From Bifidobacterium breve (GTDB lineage: Bacteria; Actinomycetota; Acidimicrobiia; Acidimicrobiales; Ilumatobacteraceae): a DNA stretch of 64,000 nt. Below the pieces are notes generated by a model. It did no database searches. It had not been told where the DNA came from and saw nothing but the letters and a program-made list of their open reading frames with translations. Each line of letters opens with the position of its first letter. Within the stretch, counting starts at the first letter, position 1. The translations under genes were made by a program, and so were the position numbers. This document shows positions 28,040 through 37,052 of the stretch, piece after piece. The stretch is taken from assembly GCA_945893395.1 (NCBI GenBank), contig CAMDEC010000002.1:5564-69563 (forward strand), written 5' to 3'.

Positions 28040-29271
28040 GGCAAAAAACCCCCTGCTCGGGCAGCCTCGACATTTAGTTGATGATCTTCAACCGTGGCAG
28101 CAAAAGTGTGTCCACCCTTTGCATCACTCAGCACATAAAAGATGTATGCGCAGTTGGATGCCTTTTTGATGCCTTTACAAATTGGGTCGCTCAGTGGTGG
28201 ATTCGGTGCCGGATTCAACGCGGCGCGAATCGCCGCCCGACCAGGGTTGGCAATCGGAGTCGGCGGTAGTCCTTTGTACTTGTAGCTGTTGTACGGGCTG
28301 TCAAGTTCTTTCAATTCCGTGAACGAAGCACCTTCGTTGGCCTTGTAATAAAGGGTCGCATCAATCTGTAGGGGCATACCACGTTCAAGACGGTTATAGA
28401 TCACCCTTGCAATTTTTGCCCGGTCCGCCTCAAGTTTTGCCTCTCGCTCGATTAGCGACGCGATAATCAAAACTTCATACGCTGATCTTCCAACCTTGGC
28501 TTTTGATTCGTCAATTCCTTCTTGAATGCCCACGCGCTCCATCAGACGCAACATTCGATCAATGACCGATGCCGCAGATTCGTCACCAGATATTTGATAG
28601 GTGTCGGGAAACAGCAATCCCTCGAGCCGATACTCTGCTTCATCCAACCGCCCTAAATCGATTGGTCCGTAAGCCGAGACAAAATCCGGATTACTTGCCG
28701 TCGTCAAAAAATCCTGCTCTGAAATTCGTGAAATCTTCTCTTGCACTCGCGAGGCAATCTTGGCGACCGTAAAACCTTCGGGAAATGTCACTTTGGTGAA
28801 CGTCACCGACGGACTGGTGTTGAGAATTTTCATTATGGTGCCAATATGACTGCGGGGCATCAACTGGTAGTAGCCCGGTTGCAGGTCAATGCCCCCCTTG
28901 CGCGCGACATACCAGCGAAAAACTCCGGAGTTGACGATGAAGCCTTCGTCTTCGAGTCGCTGACTAACCGTGGCGACAGAGTCGTTTTGATTTACGGTGA
29001 AGTTCGTCGCGACCTGAACAACACTCACGTTGGTGTCTGGAGGGTTTACCTGACGCAGATACCACAGACCTCCTATACCGAGTGCCGCGACAATGATCAT
29101 CACGACGCTGAGAGCGACGAATACCGTGCGTGAATCTGGTCGCCATTCCTCGCGCACCTCCTCGAATTCACCTGAGCCCCACGCATCTGGACCGTCCCAT
29201 GAATCTTCCTGCCAACTTTGTTCGTCATTATTTTGAGTCAAGGCTTGCCCCGATCCACATGGTCGAGCCAT
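28036..29271 (-). CDS. mltG: endolytic murein transglycosylase MltG (YceG family)
   Basis: 411 aa. Single TM (VFVALSVVMIIVAALGIGGLWYL). YceG core LIIASLIEREAKLEADRAKIARVIYNRLERGMPLQIDATLYY. ATG 29271 overlaps the ruvX 3' end; TTG 29241 (TTGA overlap with ruvX stop) is an alternative start. Confidence 0.86.
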   Translation of the reverse strand: MARPCGSGQALTQNNDEQSWQEDSWDGPDAWGSGEFEEVREEWRPDSRTVFVALSVVMIIVAALGIGGLWYLRQVNPPDTNVSVVQVATNFTVNQNDSVATVSQRLEDEGFIVNSGVFRWYVARKGGIDLQPGYYQLMPRSHIGTIMKILNTSPSVTFTKVTFPEGFTVAKIASRVQEKISRISEQDFLTTASNPDFVSAYGPIDLGRLDEAEYRLEGLLFPDTYQISGDESAASVIDRMLRLMERVGIQEGIDESKAKVGRSAYEVLIIASLIEREAKLEADRAKIARVIYNRLERGMPLQIDATLYYKANEGASFTELKELDSPYNSYKYKGLPPTPIANPGRAAIRAALNPAPNPPLSDPICKGIKKASNCAYIFYVLSDAKGGHTFAATVEDHQLNVEAARAGGFLP

Positions 29272-29663
29272 CCTTGCAACATCACCGCGGCGGCGATCTT
29301 GTCAACAATTCGCCGACGCGCCTGCGCTTTCATGTTGGCTTTAATCATCGAGTCATTGGCAGTTTTTGAAGTGAGCCGCTCATCGTATGAATGAACCGCC
29401 ACACTCAACGCGCTTTTCATTTCGATGATTTCGTCCTGAGCACTCTTTGCCGCAGGTCCGACTTTGCCAGACATGCTCAAGGGCATGCCGACCACCACGC
29501 ACTCGACAGAATGCTGATCGATCAATTCTTGGATCTTTTTATGATCTAGTGCATGATTCGGCCCACGATCAATCACCATCAACGGAGACGCGATAACCCC
29601 ACTGCTGTCACTCATCGCCACACCGATTCTTTTCGAACCAAGATCGATACCTAGGCTGCGCAT
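29238..29663 (-). CDS. ruvX: Holliday-junction-resolvase-like putative nuclease RuvX/YqgF
   Basis: MRSLGIDLGSKRIGVAMSD N-terminus from ATG 29663, 7 nt after the alaS stop. The track's TTG 29678 start would overlap alaS. Confidence 0.87.
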   Translation of the reverse strand: MRSLGIDLGSKRIGVAMSDSSGVIASPLMVIDRGPNHALDHKKIQELIDQHSVECVVVGMPLSMSGKVGPAAKSAQDEIIEMKSALSVAVHSYDERLTSKTANDSMIKANMKAQARRRIVDKIAAAVMLQGWLDHVDRGKP

Positions 29664-29670
29664 CTTTGGC

Positions 29671-32289
29671 CTACACAATTTTTTTGGATGCCTGCACCGC
29701 CAACTGCAACGCCTGATCTAGAGCCCCGGCATTTTTTCCACCTGCTGTGGCAATGTCCCCCTTGCCACCACCGCCGCCGCCCACCATTTTTGCGGCCTCA
29801 CTGATCAACTCGCCCGCCGAAGTTTTAACTTTGCTGCCAGTTGCGGCAACCAACGCGACGCCACCAGTCGGTGTAACTCCGCCCAGCACGACGGCTTTGA
29901 TCTTGCCGTCGGCCCGAATTGCAATTGCCAATTCACGCAAATCGCCTGGCGACATATCGTCGACTCGCTGAACGACGACACCGTCAACGGCTTTACCCAC
30001 AAATTCAGCAGCACGCCCGCGAGCCGCGGCAGATCGAATCATTTTAAGTTCTTCATTTAATTGCTTGATTTCGGCCAGCTTGCGCGTCGCGGCATCAACC
30101 AGCAATGTCGAACTGGTATCCAGAAGTTCGCTTAGTTTTCGCATTGTTCTTGCCGACTCAAGCACATAGTCAACAGCATTTTGTCCGGTTACGGCCTCGA
30201 TGCGGCGCAAGTTCGAACCGATTGAACTTTCTTCAACAACTTTGATCAAACCAATATCACCCGTAGCCGCGACATGTGTGCCACCACACAACTCGATCGA
30301 GTCACCGGCTTCAAGCACACGCACGACATCGCCGTACTTGTCGCCAAAAAATGCAATTGCCCCAGCTTGGGCGGCCTCGTCCTTAGATGTTTCATAATTT
30401 TTGACAGCAGAATTGTTCAGCACCTGCACATTGGCAATTCGTTCGACCTGTTCTATTTCGACAGGTGTCAGTTGCGCATAGTGACTGAAGTCAAACCGCA
30501 GGCGCTCGGCAGAAACCAGCGATCCAGCCTGTTTGACATGTTCGCCAAGCACCTCGCGCAATGCATAATGCAAGATGTGCGTTGCGGTGTGATTCTTGCG
30601 CGTCGCATCGCGCAACTCCGAATCGATAGTCGCTGTCACTTTCGCACCAACCGCAATCTCTCCGGACAAAACACCAATGTGTCTGCGTAAACCAGGCAAG
30701 GCGAAAACGGCGTCACTGACTCTTATCTCACCCGACGAACCACGAATCACGCCGTGATCGCCGACTTGTCCACCGCTTTCTGCATAGAAAGGTGTCGTAT
30801 CTAAGAACACCTCGACTTGCGAGTCGTCGATCGGGATGATCGCCAATACTTTTGCCTCGCACTTGGCAGATTCATAGCCGACGAATTTTGTTTGCCCATG
30901 CTGTTCGAGCACCTGACGATATTGTGCAACCATTTCATCGGCGCTCGATGAACCCTTGCGCGCTGCCTTGGCACGGGTGCGTTGCTCATTCATTTCTATT
31001 TCAAATGCGGCAACATCGACTTCGATACTTCGCTCGCCAGCGATTTCTTGGGTCAACTCCAATGGAAACCCATAAGTATCATGCAATACGAATGCACTTT
31101 TACCGTTCAAAGTCGACTTCTTTTTCGATTTTTTCATCGACGAGAATTCATCTTCAAGAATTGAAAGACCATTCTTGAGTGTCTGACGAAAACTTTCTTC
31201 TTCCTTGGTTAAAACGCCAAGAATAAAATCTTTGTTCTCTAAAAGCGACGGGTGTGCCTCGCGCATGACTTCTATCGCAGTTTCAACAAGTTTTGGCATA
31301 ACCAACTTGTCTGTACCGAGCAGATATGCATGGCGCACGGCCCTGCGAAAAATTCGACGCAAAACATAACCCCGACCTTCGTTGCTCGGAAATACACCGT
31401 CATTTACGAGCATCGTCGACGACCTGGCGTGCTCGGCTAAAACTCGCAGTGAGAAACTTGACCGGTCTTCGTAGTCACCCACTATGTACTTTTTGGAAGT
31501 TGCTGATTGGGCTTGCTCGATCAGCGGATACAACACATCGGTTTCCCAAATCGAGTCTTTGCCTTGCTTCAACGCCAAGATTCGTTCGAGACCGGCCCCC
31601 GTATCGATGGATGGTTTTGGCAGCGGCATTCGAGTGCCATCTTTGTCCTGATTGAACTGCATGAAGACGAGATTCCAAAACTCCAGAAAGCGATCCCCTT
31701 TCGGATCGTTTTTTGGGCCGCCATCTGGACCAAATGCCGCTCCACGGTCGATGTGAATTTCTGAACACGGTCCGCATGGGCCCGTTTCTCCCATTTGCCA
31801 GAAGTTGTCTGCGTCACCGAGCCGTTGAATGCGATTCATCGGCACACCAACTTGATCGTGCCAGATCTGTTCGGCTTCATCATCGCTCTCGTGAACTGTT
31901 ATCCAGAGTTGATCACCGTCGAATCCAAAAACTTCGGTGACCAACTCCCAACTCCACGGAATGGCGTCGGACTTGAAGTAATCCCCGAAACTGAAGTTAC
32001 CAAGCATCTCGAAAAACACGCAATGACGTTTTGTGCGGCCAACGTCATCGAGATCGTTGTGTTTTCCGCCGGCACGCGCACACTTCTGTACGCTTACCGC
32101 GCGTTTATACGGTGCTACTTCATCGCCGACAAAATAGGGCTTGAACGGCACCATTCCCGCAACCGTGAACAAAATCGACGGGTCATGCGGGATCAGGCTC
32201 GCAGATTCAACTTTTGTATGACCGCGCTGCTCAAAGAAGCCTGTGAACGACCGTCTGAGTTCGTTCGCCGTGCGAATTTCAGCCACCAT
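29671..32289 (-). CDS. alaS: alanine--tRNA ligase
   Basis: 872 aa. Class II core (FFEMLGNFSFGDYFK), editing-domain HTATHILH and CGGTHV motifs, C-terminal DHHA1-like domain. Confidence 0.97.
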   Translation of the reverse strand: MVAEIRTANELRRSFTGFFEQRGHTKVESASLIPHDPSILFTVAGMVPFKPYFVGDEVAPYKRAVSVQKCARAGGKHNDLDDVGRTKRHCVFFEMLGNFSFGDYFKSDAIPWSWELVTEVFGFDGDQLWITVHESDDEAEQIWHDQVGVPMNRIQRLGDADNFWQMGETGPCGPCSEIHIDRGAAFGPDGGPKNDPKGDRFLEFWNLVFMQFNQDKDGTRMPLPKPSIDTGAGLERILALKQGKDSIWETDVLYPLIEQAQSATSKKYIVGDYEDRSSFSLRVLAEHARSSTMLVNDGVFPSNEGRGYVLRRIFRRAVRHAYLLGTDKLVMPKLVETAIEVMREAHPSLLENKDFILGVLTKEEESFRQTLKNGLSILEDEFSSMKKSKKKSTLNGKSAFVLHDTYGFPLELTQEIAGERSIEVDVAAFEIEMNEQRTRAKAARKGSSSADEMVAQYRQVLEQHGQTKFVGYESAKCEAKVLAIIPIDDSQVEVFLDTTPFYAESGGQVGDHGVIRGSSGEIRVSDAVFALPGLRRHIGVLSGEIAVGAKVTATIDSELRDATRKNHTATHILHYALREVLGEHVKQAGSLVSAERLRFDFSHYAQLTPVEIEQVERIANVQVLNNSAVKNYETSKDEAAQAGAIAFFGDKYGDVVRVLEAGDSIELCGGTHVAATGDIGLIKVVEESSIGSNLRRIEAVTGQNAVDYVLESARTMRKLSELLDTSSTLLVDAATRKLAEIKQLNEELKMIRSAAARGRAAEFVGKAVDGVVVQRVDDMSPGDLRELAIAIRADGKIKAVVLGGVTPTGGVALVAATGSKVKTSAGELISEAAKMVGGGGGGKGDIATAGGKNAGALDQALQLAVQASKKIV

Positions 32290-32333
32290 AAACGACCAGC
32301 CTACTATTCACCCTCTGACGCAAAGAGCCAGTT

Positions 32334-32627
32334 TTAATTTAACGAAACGTCAGTCGGCTTGATTGCTGAGTCGAATTCGGGTGCAAACTCTGTTTGGGTG
32401 TCAAAGATCTTTTCAAGTTCGATTTCGTCAAGTGTTTCGTCACCCGAGTAAGCCTGCCAAAAACCTTGCACATACCCTTTGACGACGGCAAATATTCCGA
32501 TCAATTTTTCAACCAGGGCATCTGTCGAAAACTGCTCTGGATTTTCTTCGCTCTTTTTCTTTAAAAATCTCAAGCCCAATGTCGCGGCGATTGCTCCTAC
32601 AACTAGCCAAAAAAGGCGCTTCGTCAT
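32334..32627 (-). CDS. small membrane-anchored hypothetical protein
   Basis: 97 aa. One N-terminal TM (LFWLVVGAIAATLGL) followed by an acidic tail. Fills the rarA-alaS gap in the same orientation. No family recognised. Confidence 0.45.
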   Translation of the reverse strand: MTKRLFWLVVGAIAATLGLRFLKKKSEENPEQFSTDALVEKLIGIFAVVKGYVQGFWQAYSGDETLDEIELEKIFDTQTEFAPEFDSAIKPTDVSLN

Positions 32628-32642
32628 GTCGTCGTCCTCGCT

Positions 32643-33974
32643 TTATTTTTTTGTTTCTTTGGTTGCCTCAACGCTATTGATTTTTTGCGCGATTTCTTGC
32701 GCGATTTTAATCTCACTGCCGTGATTTGATGGTTGGTAATAGTCGCCCTTAGGTTCAGGCGAGCCAGGGCTCGGGTCCGGTAAATATTGCTGTTCGACCC
32801 AACCACGCGGATCGTCGTGCGGATATTGATAACCGACCCCGTGTCCGAACTCTGCGGCACCCGAATAGTGCCCGTCTCGAAGATGCGCGGGAACTTCACT
32901 GTTCACGCCGCGTTGGATATCCTCGCGTGCCGCCCAAATGCCGAGCGCCACTCGATTGCTTTTTGGTGCAGTCGCCAGATAAACAACCGCTTGAGCCAAG
33001 TTAAGTTGGGCTTCCGGCAAACCAACATGCTCAAGCGCAGTCGCCGCGGCAACGGCGACCACCAAGGCATTCGGGTCGGCCATGCCAATGTCTTCGCTGG
33101 CCAAGATCACCAATCGTCGGGCGATGAACCTGGCGTCATCACCCGACTCAAGCATTCGTGCGAGCCAAAACAAACCCGCCTGCGCATTTGATCCGCGAAT
33201 GCTCTTGATGAATGCAGATACGACGTCGTAGTGGTCATCTCTGCCGTAGCGCAACGCGCTCACACCGAGCGCCGCGTCTACTTGTGCCATCGTCACGTGT
33301 CTGTTGTTTTCGTATGCAAGCACGCAAGAAACTTCGAGAGCCGTTAACGCCTGTCGCGCGTCACCACCACAGCGTTGAGCAAGCGCATCCAACGCTTCGA
33401 CATCAGCCGTGACTGATTCGGCAACCACGCCTCGTAGCAATAATTCTTTGACATCACTTACCAGCAGCGGTTCTAAGCGAAACAAAGTTGAACGACTACG
33501 CAACGGTGCATTCAATTCAAAATATGGATTCTCTGTTGTCGCCCCAATCAATGTGATCACTCCTGACTCGACCGACGGCAACAGTGCGTCTTGCTGTGAA
33601 GTCGAGAACCGATGTATCTCATCAATGAACACGATCGTGCCCCGACCAAACTGCCCGAGTCTTTCGGCGGCCAGTTCAATGGCTTCACGAACATCTTTCA
33701 CGCCTGCGCTTACCGCCGAGAGTCGCTCGAAGTGACGATTAGTAGTCAACGCGACGACTTCAGCAAGGGTCGTCTTGCCAGTACCTGGTGGTCCCCAAAA
33801 AATTACCGAAGAAAGTCGATCTTGCTCGATCAAAAGCCGCAACGGCGATTGCTCGGCGACGAGATGTCGTTGGCCGACTACTTCATCGAGCGATCTCGGT
33901 CGCAAACGTGCTGCGAGCGGTGCTTGCGCTTTAAGTCGTTCAGCCGCCGCGGCACTGAACAAATCATTTTTCAT
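32643..33974 (-). CDS. rarA: replication-associated recombination protein A (RarA/MgsA AAA+ ATPase)
   Basis: 443 aa. Walker A GPPGTGKTTLA, Walker B VFIDEIHRF, MgsA C-terminal helical domain (GLFWLARMLESGDD, HLRDGHY). 4-nt overlap with aspS stop. Confidence 0.92.
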   Translation of the reverse strand: MKNDLFSAAAAERLKAQAPLAARLRPRSLDEVVGQRHLVAEQSPLRLLIEQDRLSSVIFWGPPGTGKTTLAEVVALTTNRHFERLSAVSAGVKDVREAIELAAERLGQFGRGTIVFIDEIHRFSTSQQDALLPSVESGVITLIGATTENPYFELNAPLRSRSTLFRLEPLLVSDVKELLLRGVVAESVTADVEALDALAQRCGGDARQALTALEVSCVLAYENNRHVTMAQVDAALGVSALRYGRDDHYDVVSAFIKSIRGSNAQAGLFWLARMLESGDDARFIARRLVILASEDIGMADPNALVVAVAAATALEHVGLPEAQLNLAQAVVYLATAPKSNRVALGIWAAREDIQRGVNSEVPAHLRDGHYSGAAEFGHGVGYQYPHDDPRGWVEQQYLPDPSPGSPEPKGDYYQPSNHGSEIKIAQEIAQKINSVEATKETKK

Positions 33975-35743
33975 TTGATAGCTGGTGGCAACAGCCTGAT
34001 GCCCAGTTCATTGAGTTGCGCCGCATCAACCGTCGTCGGGGCATTGGTCATCGGATCGGAACCTGACTGAGTTTTTGGAAACGCAATCACTTCGCGAATG
34101 TTGTCTTCGCCCGCCAAAATCGCCACAAGACGGTCGATACCAAACGCGAACCCACCATGTGGCGGCGCACCATATTTAAATGGTTGCAAAAAGAAACCAA
34201 AGCGCGCGTCGGCATCCTCATCGGATATGCCCAATTGTCGGAAGACTCGGCGCTGCAACTCTGGTTCGTGAATCCGAATCGAACCTGAACCAAGTTCCCA
34301 GCCGTTCAATACCAAGTCGTAAGCGAGTGCACGCACCGAGAGCGGTTCGGTTTCTAGACGATCAACATCTTCTTGGTGCGGGTGACAAAACGGATGATGC
34401 CCTGGTTGAGGCTTATTGGTGGTCGGGTTGATACCGACGAACATCGGAAAGTCGACGATCCATACATATCTATAGGGGCCCTCGTGCACCGGTGGACGAC
34501 CGAGGTCGTTGCGCAACTGCCCGAGCACCGAACACGTCGTCGCCCATTGATCGGCAACAATCAATATCAAATCGCCGACTGTGGCTTTGGTTTGGGCAAT
34601 CAAATCAGCCTGCTCTTGGGCCGACAAAAACTTGGCCACAGGCGATTCAAGCACCGAACCATCAGCAACTTTGATCCAAACGAGGCCCTTTGCCCCAAGT
34701 TTCTTCGCGCGCTCGGTCAACGCATCAAGTTTGTTGCGGCCACTTGCTGCCTGAAGTGGATAATCGGCACCCCGCACGCAGATCGCCTTGATCGACTCAG
34801 CCGATGCAAAAGCCTTGAACTCGGTCGACGCAAACACCTTGGTCAACTCGACGAGTTTCATTGCAAAACGCAGGTCAGGTTTGTCGACGCCATAACTGTT
34901 CATCGCCTCGTGCCAAGTCATGCGTTCGATTGGCGGCGGTTCTGCGCCAGTGGCGGCTTTCGCCGCGGCAATCACGGCAGTCGAAATCATCGTCATGACA
35001 TCGTCTTTGTTGACGAAACTCATTTCGGCGTCGAGTTGCATGAACTCGTATTGTCTGTCGGCACGCAAGTCTTCATCGCGCAAACACTTTGCAATTTGGT
35101 AATAACGGTCGATGCCTGCGACCATCAACAACTGTTTCCAGAGTTGCGGTGATTGCGGCAACGCATAAAACGAACCGGGTTCGTTGCGCGAGGGCACCAA
35201 AAACTCGCGGGCACCTTCGGGAGTACTGGGCATCAACAGCGGCGTTTCAATCTCGGTAAATCCTTGCGACTCCATCGATTTACGAATCGCCGAGTTGACC
35301 GCGGCCCGCAGGCGCAAGTTCTTCTGCATTCGTTCACGTCGAATATCCAAGTATCGATACTTCAGGCGCACATTTTCGTCGACATCATCACCGCGTTGAT
35401 CAATTGGAAACGGCGGCGGCTCGGCATTGTTCAAAACCTCAATTTTGCAATCGGCAAGTTCGACCTTGCCCGTTGGAATATTCTCGTTGACAGTGCCCAC
35501 AGGTCGTGCCTGCACGGTGCCCGTCACCCTGATCACCCATTCGCTTCGCACATCAACGGAGTTGTCGACGACGCACTGAACAATGCCGCTGTAGTCGCGC
35601 AAATCCAGGAACGCCAAATGCTCACCGTGCTCGCGCCGACGACCTACCCAACCGCAAAGGGTGACTTGCTGACCAATTTTCTCGGCGCGCATCTCACCGC
35701 AGAGATGGGAGCGAAGTGCGGTGCTGTTACTTTTTGTTGTCAT
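33971..35743 (-). CDS. aspS: aspartate--tRNA ligase
   Basis: 590 aa. OB anticodon-binding N-domain, motif 2 CLRDEDLRADRQYEFMQLD, GAD insertion, motif 3 GGFAFGIDRLV. Confidence 0.97.
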   Translation of the reverse strand: MTTKSNSTALRSHLCGEMRAEKIGQQVTLCGWVGRRREHGEHLAFLDLRDYSGIVQCVVDNSVDVRSEWVIRVTGTVQARPVGTVNENIPTGKVELADCKIEVLNNAEPPPFPIDQRGDDVDENVRLKYRYLDIRRERMQKNLRLRAAVNSAIRKSMESQGFTEIETPLLMPSTPEGAREFLVPSRNEPGSFYALPQSPQLWKQLLMVAGIDRYYQIAKCLRDEDLRADRQYEFMQLDAEMSFVNKDDVMTMISTAVIAAAKAATGAEPPPIERMTWHEAMNSYGVDKPDLRFAMKLVELTKVFASTEFKAFASAESIKAICVRGADYPLQAASGRNKLDALTERAKKLGAKGLVWIKVADGSVLESPVAKFLSAQEQADLIAQTKATVGDLILIVADQWATTCSVLGQLRNDLGRPPVHEGPYRYVWIVDFPMFVGINPTTNKPQPGHHPFCHPHQEDVDRLETEPLSVRALAYDLVLNGWELGSGSIRIHEPELQRRVFRQLGISDEDADARFGFFLQPFKYGAPPHGGFAFGIDRLVAILAGEDNIREVIAFPKTQSGSDPMTNAPTTVDAAQLNELGIRLLPPAIK

Positions 35744-35760
35744 TAACTAATACTGCGCTT

Positions 35761-37017
35761 TCATTTGACATTCAGTGCCTGCAAAACTTCGCCGATCACA
35801 TCTTTGCGGGCAATTGAGTATTGCTCTCCAGAGCCCATCTTGCGCAACATTATTGTCGAATTTTCTACTTCATCAGACCCGATTATCAAGGCGACACTTG
35901 CGGCGCTGCGATCTGCCGACTTCATTTGGGCTTTGATGCTGCGCAAATCGTATGCACGATCGGCACTGACACCGTTCTGGCGCAATAAATGACACAGTTC
36001 ATGCGCATGGCGACCATCTACTGTGTCGACCACAAAAATCTGCACGGCAGTTTTTGGTGCGGCGAAAGTATTTTCGGCGTCACAGGCCAAGAGTGTGCGA
36101 TCCAGTCCGAGGGCAAAACCAATGCCAGGTGTTGCCTTTCCGCCAAGTGCTTCAACGAGCCCGTCGTAGCGCCCACCCCCGCCAATCGCAGTGTGTGCTG
36201 CATCAAGTGCTGTCGAAGTGAACTCAAATGTCGTGCGGCGATAGTAATCAAGCCCGCGTACGAGTCGATTATTCAGCTCATAAGAAATGTTCAGTGCATC
36301 AAGCGCACGTAATACGTCATCAAAGTGTTGGTTGGCGCTTGCACTAATCGACTCTCGAATTGCTGGCGCGCCAGAAATAATTTTTTGATCTGGTTCGCGT
36401 TTTGAGTCGAGCACGCGCAACGGATTGCGCGCCAAAGTTGCGCGACTGTCACTCGTGAGATCTCTTTCGTGGGCAGAAAAATATTTGAGCAGTATCTGCG
36501 AATATTTTTCGCGGTCTCCAGCATCCCCGAGAGTATTCACCGAAAGATGCACCTTTTTTAGACCAAGGTCAACATAGAATTTTGCCGCCAGGGCGATCAC
36601 CTCGGCATCCAACAGCGGGTCGTCAGCGCCGAGGGCTTCTACCCCGACTTGATCAAACTGTCGATATCTCCCCTGCTGGGGTTTTTCGTAGCGAAAATTT
36701 GGACCGGCATACCAAACTTTCCATGGCGTGACGGGTTGATGCTCGACATAAGCCCGACAAACGCCTGCTGTTTGTTCGGGTCGCAGCGCAACATGCCGAC
36801 CACCTTTGTCGTGAAAGTCGTACATCTCTTTTGTAACCACTTCGGTCGTTTCGCCCAAACGCAAAAATACATCCAGGTCTTCGAACATCGGCGGGATTAT
36901 GTAGCTATAACCTGCGGCCTCAACGGTGCGGGCAAAAACATCCTGAAAAGCACGCCATCGCCCAGACTGCGGCGACAAAATATCACGGGTACCAGGAGAA
37001 GTCTTAAATTCGGGCAC
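35761..37017 (-). CDS. hisS: histidine--tRNA ligase
   Basis: 418 aa, GTG start. LRPEQTAG, FRYEKPQQGRYRQF, GGGRYDGL. Confidence 0.95.
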   Translation of the reverse strand: MPEFKTSPGTRDILSPQSGRWRAFQDVFARTVEAAGYSYIIPPMFEDLDVFLRLGETTEVVTKEMYDFHDKGGRHVALRPEQTAGVCRAYVEHQPVTPWKVWYAGPNFRYEKPQQGRYRQFDQVGVEALGADDPLLDAEVIALAAKFYVDLGLKKVHLSVNTLGDAGDREKYSQILLKYFSAHERDLTSDSRATLARNPLRVLDSKREPDQKIISGAPAIRESISASANQHFDDVLRALDALNISYELNNRLVRGLDYYRRTTFEFTSTALDAAHTAIGGGGRYDGLVEALGGKATPGIGFALGLDRTLLACDAENTFAAPKTAVQIFVVDTVDGRHAHELCHLLRQNGVSADRAYDLRSIKAQMKSADRSAASVALIIGSDEVENSTIMLRKMGSGEQYSIARKDVIGEVLQALNVK

Positions 37018-37052
37018 GCGTGAAGGCTAGACGCTTTGGCGACACAAGCGAA

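Noticed and set aside
34373-35152. 259-aa plus-strand ORF
   Set aside because: Antisense to aspS. Shadow ORF.
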